The notes below the pieces were generated by a model. That model was not told the DNA's origin. It was given only the letters and a program-made list of their open reading frames with translations, and searched no databases. A stretch of 64,000 nt of DNA from Phyllosticta citribraziliensis. Its lineage: Eukaryota. The stretch covers positions 186,001 to 250,000 of the forward strand of contig NW_027117346.1 in the NCBI RefSeq assembly GCF_038025025.1, read 5' to 3'. Shown here piece after piece: positions 23,568 through 36,916 of the stretch. The position numbers were made by a program, and so were the translations under genes. The stretch's first letter is position 1, and every line of letters begins with the position of its first letter.

Positions 23568-25903
23568 CTACAACTTCGCCTTTGGCTTGTTGCCCTCCTC
23601 GCTGACCACCTCTTCGTACATTTCATCAATGAGATTGCGATATTTCTTGGCCGTCTGGGGGCGCTTGAGCTTCAGTCTAATGGTTGCAAGTCAGCACATC
23701 ATTCGAAAATTTGGACGGCCAATCCCACGGCCGGAACCAAAGGCAGCTACCCCGAGCGCAAAGAGAAGGTGGCGGGTACTTACGTCGGAGTCAAGAGCTC
23801 ATTATCAATGGAGAACGGGTCAAGAAGCAACCGTATCGCCCGGACGCGCTCGTAGCTGTTGAACTTGTTCTTCTTGGCCACGCGGTCCAGTTCCTTGAGC
23901 GCCGCCTTCCTGACCTTGGGGCTCTTGGCTGCTTCTTCGAGTGCCTGTCTGTCCGTTTCGCTGATGCGCTGGCCCAGAATCTTGCTCGCAAACGGCGCGA
24001 ATTGCTCGGGCTGGACACCAAAGATGGCGACGAGGCTAGACTGCTGGCTGTCGCCGTGCACGTATGCCATGGCGAGCCAGCCACAGTTGGCCAGGTAGAC
24101 GTTTTCGATGCGCTCGGGCGACACGTACTCGCCCTGGCTGAGCTTGAGCACGTTCTTCTTGCGGTCAATGATTTTCAGACGGCCCATCTCGTCGACCAAT
24201 CCAATGTCGCCGGTGTGGAACCATCCGTCCGCATCAACTGCCTTGGCCGTCTCTTCTGGGTTGCGGAAGTACTCGCGGAAAATGGTGGGTCCTCGGAGCA
24301 AGACCTCACCGCGAGGATGAGGCTTGTCGGTGGCCATGTACTCCATGTCAGGCACACTTTCCAAACAAAACTCTTGCGAGGGACAGGAAGCACCGCAGTT
24401 GCCTGACGACAAGTCCCCAATGAGCTGCGCCGTCGATGCCGCATACGATTCGGTAAGACCGTACCCCTGGGTGAATTGGTTGGAAAAGACGATGCGCAGG
24501 AACGAGTGAAGAGACGGGTCAAGAGGAGCAGAGCCAGTCACCAAAGTGTGTGCACGATCGAGCCCGACGGCCGAGGCAGCCTTGCGTGCCCAGACGCGGT
24601 CCCAGAAAAAGTGCTTGTTGGTCGGGTTGGGTCCCTTCAACGCCGCACTTTTTGCTGACACGGCTTGTCTCGACAAAGCACCCCTGACGCCGCCCTGCTC
24701 AATTGTGCCAGCCTTGATGGCGCTTCCAAACCGGTTGTACAACCTGGGAACTCCGCTAAAAGCGGTGGGACGAAGCAACTTCAAGTCATCGACAAGCTCG
24801 GCAATGTTGCCGTGGAAGTATCCAATGGCGCCGCCGCCCCAAAGCGCAGTATGCTCACCCACCCTTTGGTAAATATGAGCGAGAGGCAAGAAAGAGCACA
24901 TGACATCGCTGCTCGTCTGGCTGGTAATGGTCATGGATGAGCTGGTTGCTCCCAGCGCATTCTTGTGCGTCAAAACCACACCCTTGGGGTTACCCGTCGT
25001 TCCAGAGGTGTAGTTGATGGTAATAACGTCCTCGGGATGAGGAGCATTGTAAGGTCTCGGGTGCTTCTCTCCAATGGCTTCGACTTCTCCAAGATAGTAT
25101 ATCGTCACACCAAGGTCACTGGCAATGGCGTTCAGCAGGTCCCTCTTCGACGACCCGGGCAGGTCACCTCCATCCAAGGGGTCCATGGAAATGATCAACT
25201 TCAACGACGGTAACCGCGGCTTCAGCTTCAAGAGCGTAGGAATGTGGCTCAAAGAGGTGGCGACGCAGTTCAGCTCGGCGTGGTTGATGATGTACTCGGT
25301 GGTGTCGGGGCCAAGAGTGTCGTAGATGGAGACGGTGAAGCAAGCCTGTGACATGGCCGCCAGGTCTACATGGACGTCAACGCGTCGAGTCTCTCGAATG
25401 GGTCCAAATTCAACGTACCGACAATCTGCCACTCGGGCCTGTTCTGGCACCAAAGGCCAATGCCATACTTGGCTCCCTCTGGAACGCCAATCTTCCTGTG
25501 TATTTCGGCGAGACCGGCGCCGCAGTTGGTCCTGCGCTGGTGGATGGTCTTGTAGTCTTGCCAGACGTACGGGCCCCAAGACTTGGTCGCGGGATCATAT
25601 GGGCGGTGTCCCAGGCAGCGGCTGTTGGGGTTGTTCTTGGCAGACTGTTCAAAGGCCTCGTGGATGGTGGAGACCTGGAGACGTGGTGAGCCAAGAGACA
25701 AAGGACAGAGGGAGCAAAAAGGCAAGACTCACGGTGGGATCCAGGGACTCGAGACAGCCGTCGACGAAGCGCCAATGGCGGTAGGCGGCAGTGCGGCCCT
25801 CTCTCTCGGTGCCGGGGACAGGAGCGCTGTGAGGTTGGCCCGGAGGGGGCAGGCCCTGCAGCGACAGAGCGCGGTCCACGGCAGGAAGATTTGCAGGAGC
25901 CAT
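23568..25903 (-). CDS. Long-chain fatty acyl-CoA synthetase, probably peroxisomal (C-terminal -AKL PTS1); introns 25732-25675, 25418-25366, 23783-23677
   Basis: AMP-binding signature YTSGTTGNPKG, SFLPLAHIYQR, GYGLTES, GWFHTGDIG, IIDRKKNVLKLSQGEYVSPERIE, LLTPTLKLKR; ends KPKAKL*. Confidence 0.93.
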
Positions 25904-26275
25904 GATGGAAAAAGATGGGCAAGCAAGTATCTACAAGACAAGCGAATGCCTGGAGGACTTGACAGGTGGGATAAGGGTCAGGAGAGGACCGGAGTCAACG
26001 CGGCGGAGAGGTCGAGGACCAGGCGCAGCACAGCCAAAGGCGGTGGCCAAGGAAAGATTGGGGAGGAAGTGATGTCAGGGCCGGGGTGCTCTGCGGAGGC
26101 CGCCAGACGGCGATATAAGAGGAGGAGGCGCGTGGTGGAGGATGGAGCTTGGGAGAGGGCAGCGCGGTTGGGTCGGAGGGACAATCACAAGGGAGGAGGA
26201 GGAAAAGAGGGTGCAACGGTGGGTGGTGGGTTTGGTGTCTGTCTTTCCTGTGCGGTCGGGCGGTCAGTCGCCGTG

Positions 26276-26281
26276 CCTCGG
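26276..26281. promoter_or_regulatory. Candidate FarA/FarB-type CCTCGG element upstream of the acyl-CoA synthetase
   Basis: CCTCGG about 370 bp upstream of the ATG. This is the known fatty-acid response element in Aspergillus, but a single 6-mer in GC-rich DNA is weak evidence. Confidence 0.3.
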
Positions 26282-27494
26282 TACTAGGGAGCTCTGCGGG
26301 CTGATCCCAGCCGTTGCATGGCGTCGGCGTTGTTGGCCTTTGCACATGTCGGCCGTACCAGACGGGGCAGTGGTAAGGTAACCACTGGCCGCCTCTCGCT
26401 GGAGGTCCGGTCTTCATGCTCGAAGAAGGGAAGACGAGGTGTTGACAAGTGTCAGTCGGACGGAGCGGCGCCGCTGGGGGGCGCTGCCTGCGGTGCGTGG
26501 GGCTGCGGCCGACGGCCAAAAACTGACGGCGACGTGACAAGAGCAGTGTCTCGGCAAGGTAACCTTCTCCTTCGCTCTCTCGTTTCTGCTCCATCCCGCG
26601 ACATCGCATCCGTCCCGAACAGCGGAATCCGCCCCATCTCGCATGTGACGCGCGACATGCGTCCCTCCGCTGGTTTCCTGCGGTTGGCTGCAGGGACCGA
26701 CGGCCGGGACTCCGCCTGTCGCTGCGATGCGCATCGCGACATGCATGCCGGCGCCGCCCAAGCCACACGACAAGAGCTCGACAAGACTCTCCTGAGGTCT
26801 TGACCACGGCGCCCGCCCTTCACATGAGGCGGCTTCAACTCCACGGCTGGCGGACACACTCAGAACACATGGCTGTGTTTTCAAGCTGCTGCTGCTGCTG
26901 CTGCTGCTGCGGTGGCCTGCCCTGCCCTGCCCTGCCCTGCCCGTCCTTTTCCCCGCGCCAACCGGGGATCGACCGCAGACCTGGGCGAGAGCGAGGAGGG
27001 AGGGATGGAGGGAAGGCTGCCCGCGCCGTTGCACCTCGCGCTGCTACTACTGCTTCTGCACTACTGCTGCCGGCGCCATGTGCCTGACCCGACCCAACCC
27101 GACCTATCCTGTCACCCATGGGCTTTTTCCCTCCATCTTCCTTCCATCCATCCTTCCTCGACGAAATGCGGGGCAGACTGGGTGGGAAGACGGCCACGCC
27201 GGCCACTGGTCGCGGCGCATTTTCCTACTCCAGACGCTGCGCGAGCCGTGGCGCCTTTGCATGACCATGGCTGCCGACACCAGCGACCAATTAGGCACGC
27301 GGAGGAGCAGTCATTCAGTCAGGAAATCTGCCAGTCTGTCAGCCTCCGCATTTTCCTCCCCCGGCTCGTCTCGTCTCCTGCGTGGGTAATGTCAGCGTTT
27401 CCACAGTGCACATTTGGCCGGCGGTGCCAGAGGCGCAGCGGCAGATGTGTTTGCGCGTGGACGAGAAACGCAAGGCAGGTCTGCCGGCGACTTG

Positions 27495-27530
<36 letters not shown>

Positions 27531-28441
27531 CTGAGCAAACCTCCAACAACGTCCCGTCCCGTCCCGTCCAATCACCGCGCCTGGCGCGCCAAGGCCTGCG
27601 TCGCTCAGCCCAGCGGAATCGAGGTCAGCATCAATGGTGGGGGTTGACGACGTACGTACAGAGAGAGAGAGCACCCACCGTCGGCGAAACCGAGAGAGCG
27701 TCGCTGTCGTACCTCTTTCCCGGAACGGCAAGTTGTTGCTTCTGGCTGCTGCTGCTCCTCGGCCGTTTCGACAGTCAATCACGCAAACGCAAACGCAGAC
27801 GACGAAAACCCCCCCCAAAAGCCTTCGGCTGTGGAGACGGCTTCCATGGCGTGGCACGGCATGTATGGCATGATCATCCATCTCCCATTTGCCATCTGTG
27901 TGTGTCGTCGTTCCCTAGTTGAATATAGGACGACATGTCGCCGACACCGCAGCAGATACACCACACAAACCAAAAAGACCAGACCAGACCAGACCAGACC
28001 AGACCCGATCCAACGACACAACAACACCCAAAGCACCCGTGCTCCCCTGCCCTGCCCATTGATCCATTGATCAGCCGTCCGTCCATCCATTCGTTCGTTC
28101 CTTCGTTTACGCTGTTCGTGGTTGGTTTGGATATCTCTCTCCCTCGGTTGGATTGGATATGTCATCTCCCGTGGTTGGTTTGGATTCGGTTTCGGATTGG
28201 ATAAACGTTGAAGTTCCCAGTTTGCCCGCCGGCGCCCGCCCAGAAAGAAGAGTGAGTCTGACTACGGTACCTTACGTACCGACGCGCCCACCTCTTGTCT
28301 CGCTTGGAAAAAGATGATGATAGGAAAGAGAAAGGGAAAGAGAATGGGAAAGAGCTACTTTTTTCTCGCAGCGTGGAGAATCAGAAGAAAGACGAGGTCT
28401 CGCAGAATCCGTCAAGAGGAAAACTACGATGACTGAGTGGC

Positions 28442-30177
<1,736 letters not shown>

Positions 30178-30478
30178 GGTGTAGTAGACGCGGGAGAGGT
30201 TACTGCGACCTGGCAAAGTCGTTCAGTACAAAGCTACGAGAATTGGAAGAGCTGAGGTTGTAGACTCACTCGTTGGCGGGCAAGACAGGCAAGTCAGTCA
30301 GTCAGTCAAACAAAGACGACACAAACAATAGCAAAGGCCGAAGTCGGGCGCGCGTGGAGGAATTGGTGGGGGGAAGAAAAGGCGGCGAGCACGCAATTTT
30401 TGTCCGCTCTGCGCAGGTAGCCCCGCCTTTTCCTGTCCCCAAAGAAACATGACACGCCACCTGCCAGGGCCGCCGGCC

Positions 30479-30490
30479 TGACGTGAGTCA
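30479..30490. promoter_or_regulatory. Composite bZIP site TGACGTGAGTCA (Gcn4/CPC1 TGAGTCA overlapping TGACGT) upstream of MET17
   Basis: Perfect TGAGTCA about 305 bp upstream of an amino-acid biosynthesis gene. Confidence 0.4.
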
Positions 30491-31231
30491 ACTGGAGGTT
30501 GGTTGGCTAAAAACTTGTCGAAGGCTTGCCCGCTTCTCTCAGTCCTGCTGGTTCTTCATTGCGTTAGAAAAGCCTTGAGGGAGAAATAATCTCCGCGAGG
30601 CCCTTGCAACGCGTGGGCAATTGGCTGCGGGGAAAACTGATCGGTGCAGGGATTCGGCTGAGCTTGCTCCGCTGGGAGCTGGGTTCCTCACTACTGTCGA
30701 CTGTAGGAACGGCGGTTGGATTAAGCATTCGTTCTCGTACTCGTACGTTTAAAGGAACACAATTATCGGCTGTAAATATTGCTGTGTTTTTATTTTGTGG
30801 TCTTTCCCTTGATGTCTGCGTCTGCTTTGGAGGTTGATGCGGGATCGGCATGGCCAATGAGAGCTAATCCATATCAGCCTGCGTCGGGAAGCTAACTTGT
30901 AACTTGGCAAGCTTGTCGAATGGCGTCAATCGACTCAAGCCAGAACGGGAACGCACACAATTTTGGACTGTATGACACCATCAAGCTGCAATCTTCAGGG
31001 GGGATTCAGAAGGCTCAGGAAGGAATGGATTTGTGAATTGGCGGCGAGAGAGCAAAAAATTGGAAATTCGTGACAAATACAGGTCGCTTTACTGTTGACG
31101 ACGTATAATCAACTACTTGGTACATAATCCGGAGGTATCGCGATTGGCCAGCCAGCCCCCTTTTTGAAACTCCAAACGCCAGTGTGCATAATCTGCAGGA
31201 TGCTTCCACGCCCAAGTCAATCGCTCAGGTC

Positions 31232-32449
31232 TTACCGGGGAATGTCAAAGAGACTTGGCTTCATGTTGATTTTGCACAGCTTCACAACACAGCCAGAGAG
31301 CTGCAGGTACGTTTGGACACCCTCGAGGATGCGCATGTGCGTGAATCCGATTTCCTGACCTGTCAGCGCCACAAATCTACGGGAACAGGGCTTCTGCACT
31401 CACCTTGATGAATTCGAGCTTTGCGTGCTCCGAAATCGTGGGTATGGTCTTGGTCACTTTGAACATGGTGCTGATGATGTCATGGCAAGAGTAGCCCAAA
31501 TCCCACAACTCCTTGAGCGCGTCCAGCGCCTGGTCGACCTTTGTTTCGTGGCACGCCTTGATCATGGCCTGCACCTTGACTGGATGCGGGCTGTCGACCA
31601 CCTTGAAGACATTGTCGCCATTGACAATGCCGAAGCCTGCGTGGGTGCTCTGCAGATTGTTTATGGCCTGGCGCATGTCTCCCTCGGCGGAAAACACCAG
31701 GGCCGCAAGACCGTCGTCGGTGTGGTTGACCTTTTCGGCCTCGCAAATTTGCATCAACCTCTTGACCAGCTGGCCGTCGGTCAGACGTGCGTATCGGAGA
31801 ATGGCGCAACGGGATTGGAGAGGCTCGATAATCTTGTTTGACAGGTTGCAGGCAAAGGCGAAGCGCGTCGTAGATGAGTAGATTTCCATGGTTCTTCGGA
31901 GCGCCTGTTGAGCGCCAGAGGTCATGCTACATTTCGATCAGCACACGGGCAGAGCGAGCCTTTCGACGGTCGACGCACCTATCCGCCTCATCCAGGATGA
32001 CAATCTTGTGCCTTCCTGCAGGCAGGGTGACCTTCTTCTGGGCGAAACCCTTGATGCGATTCCGGACGACATCAATGCCACGCTCATCACTGGCATTGAG
32101 CTCCAGCACAGCTTCCTTGTAGGCGTCGCCGAGAAGTTGGCGAGCGAGGCACAGAACGGAGGTGGTCTTGCCGATTCCGGGGGTGCCAGAGATGATGACA
32201 TGGGGCATGTTTCCATCCTTGGCGATGATCTTGAGGCGCTCGATGGTCTCGGTGTTGCCAACAATGTCGTCGAGGAAGACGGGGCGGTACTTTTCGACCC
32301 TGCGCGGCGCCCAGAGTCAGCTTACAGAAGCGCGGTGTGCGAGGTGCAGAGACAACAAACCAAGGCAGCTCGTATGCGACGGCGCCCCCATCCGACTGGG
32401 GCTTGACGCCGTTGCGGGCAGCAGAGGCAGACGACTCGGCTTGCACCAT
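31232..32449 (-). CDS. RFC4: Replication factor C small subunit (yeast Rfc4 / human RFC2 ortholog), multi-exon
   Basis: YELPW/VEKYRP; Walker [55 protein letters not shown] motif [17 protein letters not shown]. Confidence 0.95.
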
Positions 32450-32507
32450 GGCGACGAGATGGGCGGAGCAGAGGGGTGGGAGATGGAGTTGAGTCGAGTC
32501 GAGGGAA

Positions 32508-32556
32508 ACGCGTTTGCGCGCCGAGGGCGAGGCGAGAGACGCGCCGCAGTCACGTG
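32508..32556. promoter_or_regulatory. MCB-like ACGCGT (32508-32513) and Cbf1-type GTCACGTG (32549-32556) upstream of RFC4
   Basis: Exact motifs 60-105 bp upstream of a DNA-replication gene; a second ACGCGT at 32852. These may fall in the 5' UTR. Confidence 0.35.
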
Positions 32557-33703
32557 TGGCACCTTTTCCCGGCGACCTGACTAGCAATTTCAATTCGTCG
32601 GCTCCGCGCCGGGTGAGTCTAGGGAGGCGCAGGGAGTGCCCAACTCCACTGCGAGTCGGAAAGCGGAAAAGCCGCAACTCTAACCTTGTTTCTGCCCTGC
32701 CCGCAGCGCCGCAACACCACAGCAACAACCATGACGACAGACACTGAGTGAGGATGATGACTGCGAGGCTCCTTCGCCCGAGCACGCACCGACGATGAAG
32801 AGACGGGCGCACGGAAGGCCGACCGGGCGTGAGCAGCGCCACGGTAGCCTTACGCGTCACAGCCTGCCAACGGTCCAGTTTCAGCTTGGCGCCCCACGAC
32901 CAGACGAGACCAGACCGCCTTTGATGCAACCAAGATGCAGGACCACCGCACCAGACCAGCGCCCGCCGGCTATCCAACGGACACGGAGCCGCGTGCCCAG
33001 TCGGCTGTCCCTCCCGGCCTTCGTTGGGTTCCGTTGTCTCTCCTCTCCTCTCCTCTGCTCTGCTCTCGCCAGACTGACTGACTGACTGACTGACTCTGAT
33101 GACCACAAGCAGACGCCATGGCCGAAGCGCTTACGGCTTTGGATTCCCTCTGTCGTTGCGGAGGGCTTGTCATTTGCATCCACCCTGCCTGACACGCCCC
33201 GGCGGCACTGCAGACGGACTCCTTACAGCCATGGTCTCCAAAGCCATTCATCACCCCCACGACCGTCTTGGTCCGCGTCAATGTGGCGACTCCCCTCAAA
33301 CGGCGTCCCAGCCGGCGACGTTTGCTTGACGCCATGTCTGGCGCGTGTCCTCGGCCCAGAATAACTACCCTACACTTTACTCATCCTGCGCCGTCATTCC
33401 TCGACTCTCTTAAATCCCTTTGTCCGCAGCACCAACCGCGTGAGCTGAGTGAGTGGAGTCGCGGCTGCCCGGCCACCGCCACGCCGTCCTCAATAGTCGT
33501 CGTCATCATCGCACGTCGTACGCACTCGCCCCGGTGCTCATAATAAACCCTTGTCCACTCTCTGTCTGAGCTCCTGCTCTCGGCCCATTTGCCGCGCATT
33601 GCCATTGTTTCCTAGAATTTCTATATCTTCCAACAAAGATCCGCCTCGGCTCCTACCTTCTCCCACCACCTGTTTGCATCCAACCCACCAAACTCGCCAA
33701 GAC

Positions 33704-35188
33704 ATGAGGCCCACTACCGCACTGACCCTGGCCGCAAGCCTGCTCTCCGTAGCCGAAGCCCTGCAGTTGGTCAAGCGAGAGGTCAGTCGCAGTAGAACGT
33801 CGTCCACCTCAACTTTCTCTAACAAAATCCAGGGCACACCTCGCGTGCTTCAAACTGAAATCCAGCGCAGAGATGACATTCAAAACGTCGTCAAGCGCGA
33901 CCTCGCGCGCAGAAATAGAAGAGTCAAACGGTCCAAGACTCTCCAAGCAACCCTGGACAATGAGGAAACCCTCTACTACGCCAACGCAAGTCTCGGAACC
34001 CCAGGCCAAGCCGTGAGACTCCACATCGACACTGGCTCAAGTGATTTGTGGGTGAATTCGGCATCTTCGAGCTATTGCACCGCAAAAGAAACCCCATGCA
34101 AATCAGCAGGAACCTACTCGGCAAACGACTCGTCGACCTATGAGTTTGTCAATAGTAAATTCAACATTTCGTACGTGGACGGATCTGGAGCCGCTGGAGA
34201 CTATGTCAAGGATACTTTTACCTTTGCTGGCACGGACCTGACCGGCTTGCAATTCGGCGTTGGCTACACTTCAACCTCGTCGCAAGGAGTCTTGGGAATC
34301 GGATATGTGATTAATGAGGCGGCCGTCAACCGCGCGGGCCTCGATTCATACCCCAATCTGCCCCAGCTTCTCGTCGACCAGGGCATCATCCAGTCCAACG
34401 CGTACAGCCTGTGGCTGAATGACCTCGACGCCAGCACAGGAAACATTCTCTTTGGAGGCGTCGACTCTGATAAGTACCACGGCACACTGCAGACGCTGCC
34501 CATCCTCAAGGAATACGGCTTGTACCAAGAGTTCACCCTTGCGTTGACTGGAGTCGGCTACAGCGGCAACCACGGCTCCTTCTTCAGCACCAACAACAGC
34601 GATAGCGCTGTTTCCGTACTCCTCGACAGCGGCAGCTCTCTCGCGTACCTCCCAAACTCAGTCGTCTCGGACATCTACGACAAGACGGGCGCGCAATACG
34701 ACTCGTCCGAGGGCGTCGCCTTCATCGACTGCGACAAGAGTTACAGCTCCGAAACCATCGACTTCACCTTCTCGTCGCCGACCATCAGCGTGTCGATGAG
34801 CGAGCTCGTCATCACGGCCGGCTACAGTGACAACCAGCCCATCTGCATCCTGGGCATCGCCCCCGCCGGCGACTCGTCGTGCGTCCTCGGCGACACCTTC
34901 CTGCGCTCCGCCTACGTCGTCTACGACCTGGCAAACAACGAAATCAGCCTCGCCCAGACAAACTTCAACGCCACCTCCTCCAACATTCTCGAAATCACCA
35001 CCGGCACCGCAGCCGTCCCCGACGCGACCGGCGTCGCCAACGCCGTTAGCACCCTCGCTGGCGGCACCGGCGGCGCGCGCAATGGCGGCGTCGACGTCAC
35101 GGGTGGCGCTGCGGGTCCGCAGATTACGTCCATGCCCAAGGCGGCGCTCGCGGCCGCGGCGGGCGCTGGCCTGCTGTTCGCCCTGTAG
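33704..35188 (+). CDS. Secreted, probably GPI-anchored aspartic protease (yapsin/OpsB-like); likely 51-nt intron 33782-33832
   Basis: Signal peptide MRPTTALTLAASLLSVAEA; KR processing sites; catalytic DTGSSDLWV and LLDSGSS; LGDTFLRSAYVVYDL; hydrophobic C-terminal tail. Confidence 0.92.
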   Translation: MRPTTALTLAASLLSVAEALQLVKREVSRSRTSSTSTFSNKIQGTPRVLQTEIQRRDDIQNVVKRDLARRNRRVKRSKTLQATLDNEETLYYANASLGTPGQAVRLHIDTGSSDLWVNSASSSYCTAKETPCKSAGTYSANDSSTYEFVNSKFNISYVDGSGAAGDYVKDTFTFAGTDLTGLQFGVGYTSTSSQGVLGIGYVINEAAVNRAGLDSYPNLPQLLVDQGIIQSNAYSLWLNDLDASTGNILFGGVDSDKYHGTLQTLPILKEYGLYQEFTLALTGVGYSGNHGSFFSTNNSDSAVSVLLDSGSSLAYLPNSVVSDIYDKTGAQYDSSEGVAFIDCDKSYSSETIDFTFSSPTISVSMSELVITAGYSDNQPICILGIAPAGDSSCVLGDTFLRSAYVVYDLANNEISLAQTNFNATSSNILEITTGTAAVPDATGVANAVSTLAGGTGGARNGGVDVTGGAAGPQITSMPKAALAAAAGAGLLFAL

Positions 35189-36916
35189 TAAGGGGCGGCG
35201 AAAAGTTTTCTCCTCTGCCTCCTTCTTGTCCTTTGGTTTGAGCGTTTTCTTTGTAGGGGCTCGCTGCCCCGTGGCATGACTGGCGTTTGACTGCATGGAC
35301 TTTTTCCTTTCTTGCATGCATCCCCTGAGCGCGTTTGTTTCTTTACCCCCCTCACCTACCTACTTACCTACCTACTTATCCTCCTTCCCCCTTTTCCCTG
35401 TGTATGACGAGACGAGATGATCATTGCTACCCGACGATTCAAAGTACTGCATCCTATCCATATCCCTGGCCGAAAGCAGTAAGAGTAGGAGTAGGAGTAG
35501 GAGTAAGAGTAAATGGCAGCATATGTGGAGTTTCCCTGGTCTCTTAAATCCTTCTCTTGCTTGGTTTATCCTATCTACTTGCTCTGTCCGATCGTTTTAA
35601 ATGTTTTATCTCATCCCTCTTCTTCGTTTATATTGGCATCAGATGAGAAAGTAGTGTGTTGTGTGTTGATGTAAAGAGAGGGAAAGAGGGACAGAAAGAG
35701 ATGGGAGGATGAGATGATCGTTGTACAGTACAGCGTCAGCATTGGGATTGGTATCATCATGACCGGCACGATGTATGTACCGTAGCAAGCCAAGTCAAGC
35801 CAAGCCGAGACAGATGGATGGATGTACATAGATGGATAGACAGACCAACCACATGTACCCACATATAATCCCGTCCACACCCACAACCCTCCCTCTCCTT
35901 TGTGAACAGCAGCGCGGCGAATATCAGCGACATGACTTACTCACAGCCTGCCTACCGATCTGACTGACAGTCAAACAGACTGATAGCGCGACAGACGCAA
36001 CCGAGCCACGCGCAACAAGTCACCGGCAAGACAAAGTGACGGCGGGCCGTCCCCCGTTGGCCCCGTGAGATGCCTTTGCACTCGGCACTCATCCATCCAT
36101 CCATCCATCCATCCATAAATTTATGGACGTGACTGACCAGCAGTCGCAGCGGAGAGTTGGCGATATATGTGATACAAGCAACGCGGATGCCTCGGCGAGC
36201 GACACGAGCCACGGTGTGCTCGCGCGAAAGCCGCGGGCGAGGCGCGAGCGCAAGGATGACAGCGAAGAGGAGAAAAGCTCTGAATAGAGCTGAACTGGGC
36301 TGAAAGTCTGAGCGGTGCGGGAGGGAGGGAGGGAGGGAGGGAGAGTCCGGCAGTGGCGGATTCAAGCGCAACCACGAATACGATTTGGCGTCGTCGACCA
36401 ATGGGGGCACCTCGCAAGACTGTTCTTCTCCCTCCCACCTTGTCCTGGCCTGGCCTGTCCTGTCCTGTGCTGCCGAGGGAACGTGGGCTGATGGCAAGGG
36501 GGGCTGCGCTGGTGATGGTGCAGTGGTTGTTATGTATGGTGGTGCTCGCAGCGCCGCCCGGCCATGCTTCCGCTCTCCCCCAGTGGCCAGGCACCACGCC
36601 GCCTCCTCCAAGAGCGGTTGGTCTAGGACGACATGGCGATGACGAAGGAGACGCGGTATGGTCTGATTTCTCTACCTTGCCGGATGGACACTTCGCTGTG
36701 GAGCAAAGCAAAGCGCGAGGCACGCGGGGGGAAGGGTTCTGTGGATGCGACGGGACCTTCGTATCAGCTGGCGGGTTTCTGGAAAGTGTTTATATATATC
36801 ATCCCCATGGGAGGGAGGTTTGTTTCTCCAAACGCGTGTTGCAAATTGGTACGTTTCTTGCACCGAGTATCCTTCCAATATCTTCGAAAGTCGCACCCGC
36901 ATCTATCAACCGCAAT

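Noticed and set aside
25995..28400. Several 200-340-aa ORFs between the acyl-CoA synthetase and MET17
   Set aside because: Built from microsatellites (LPAC, GRQA, poly-Q/S/C) in GC-rich intergenic DNA.
36353..36916. N-terminal extension of the 696-aa P450 ORF
   Set aside because: Begins at a non-ATG codon. The membrane anchor starts at ATG 36917, which gives a normal-sized P450.
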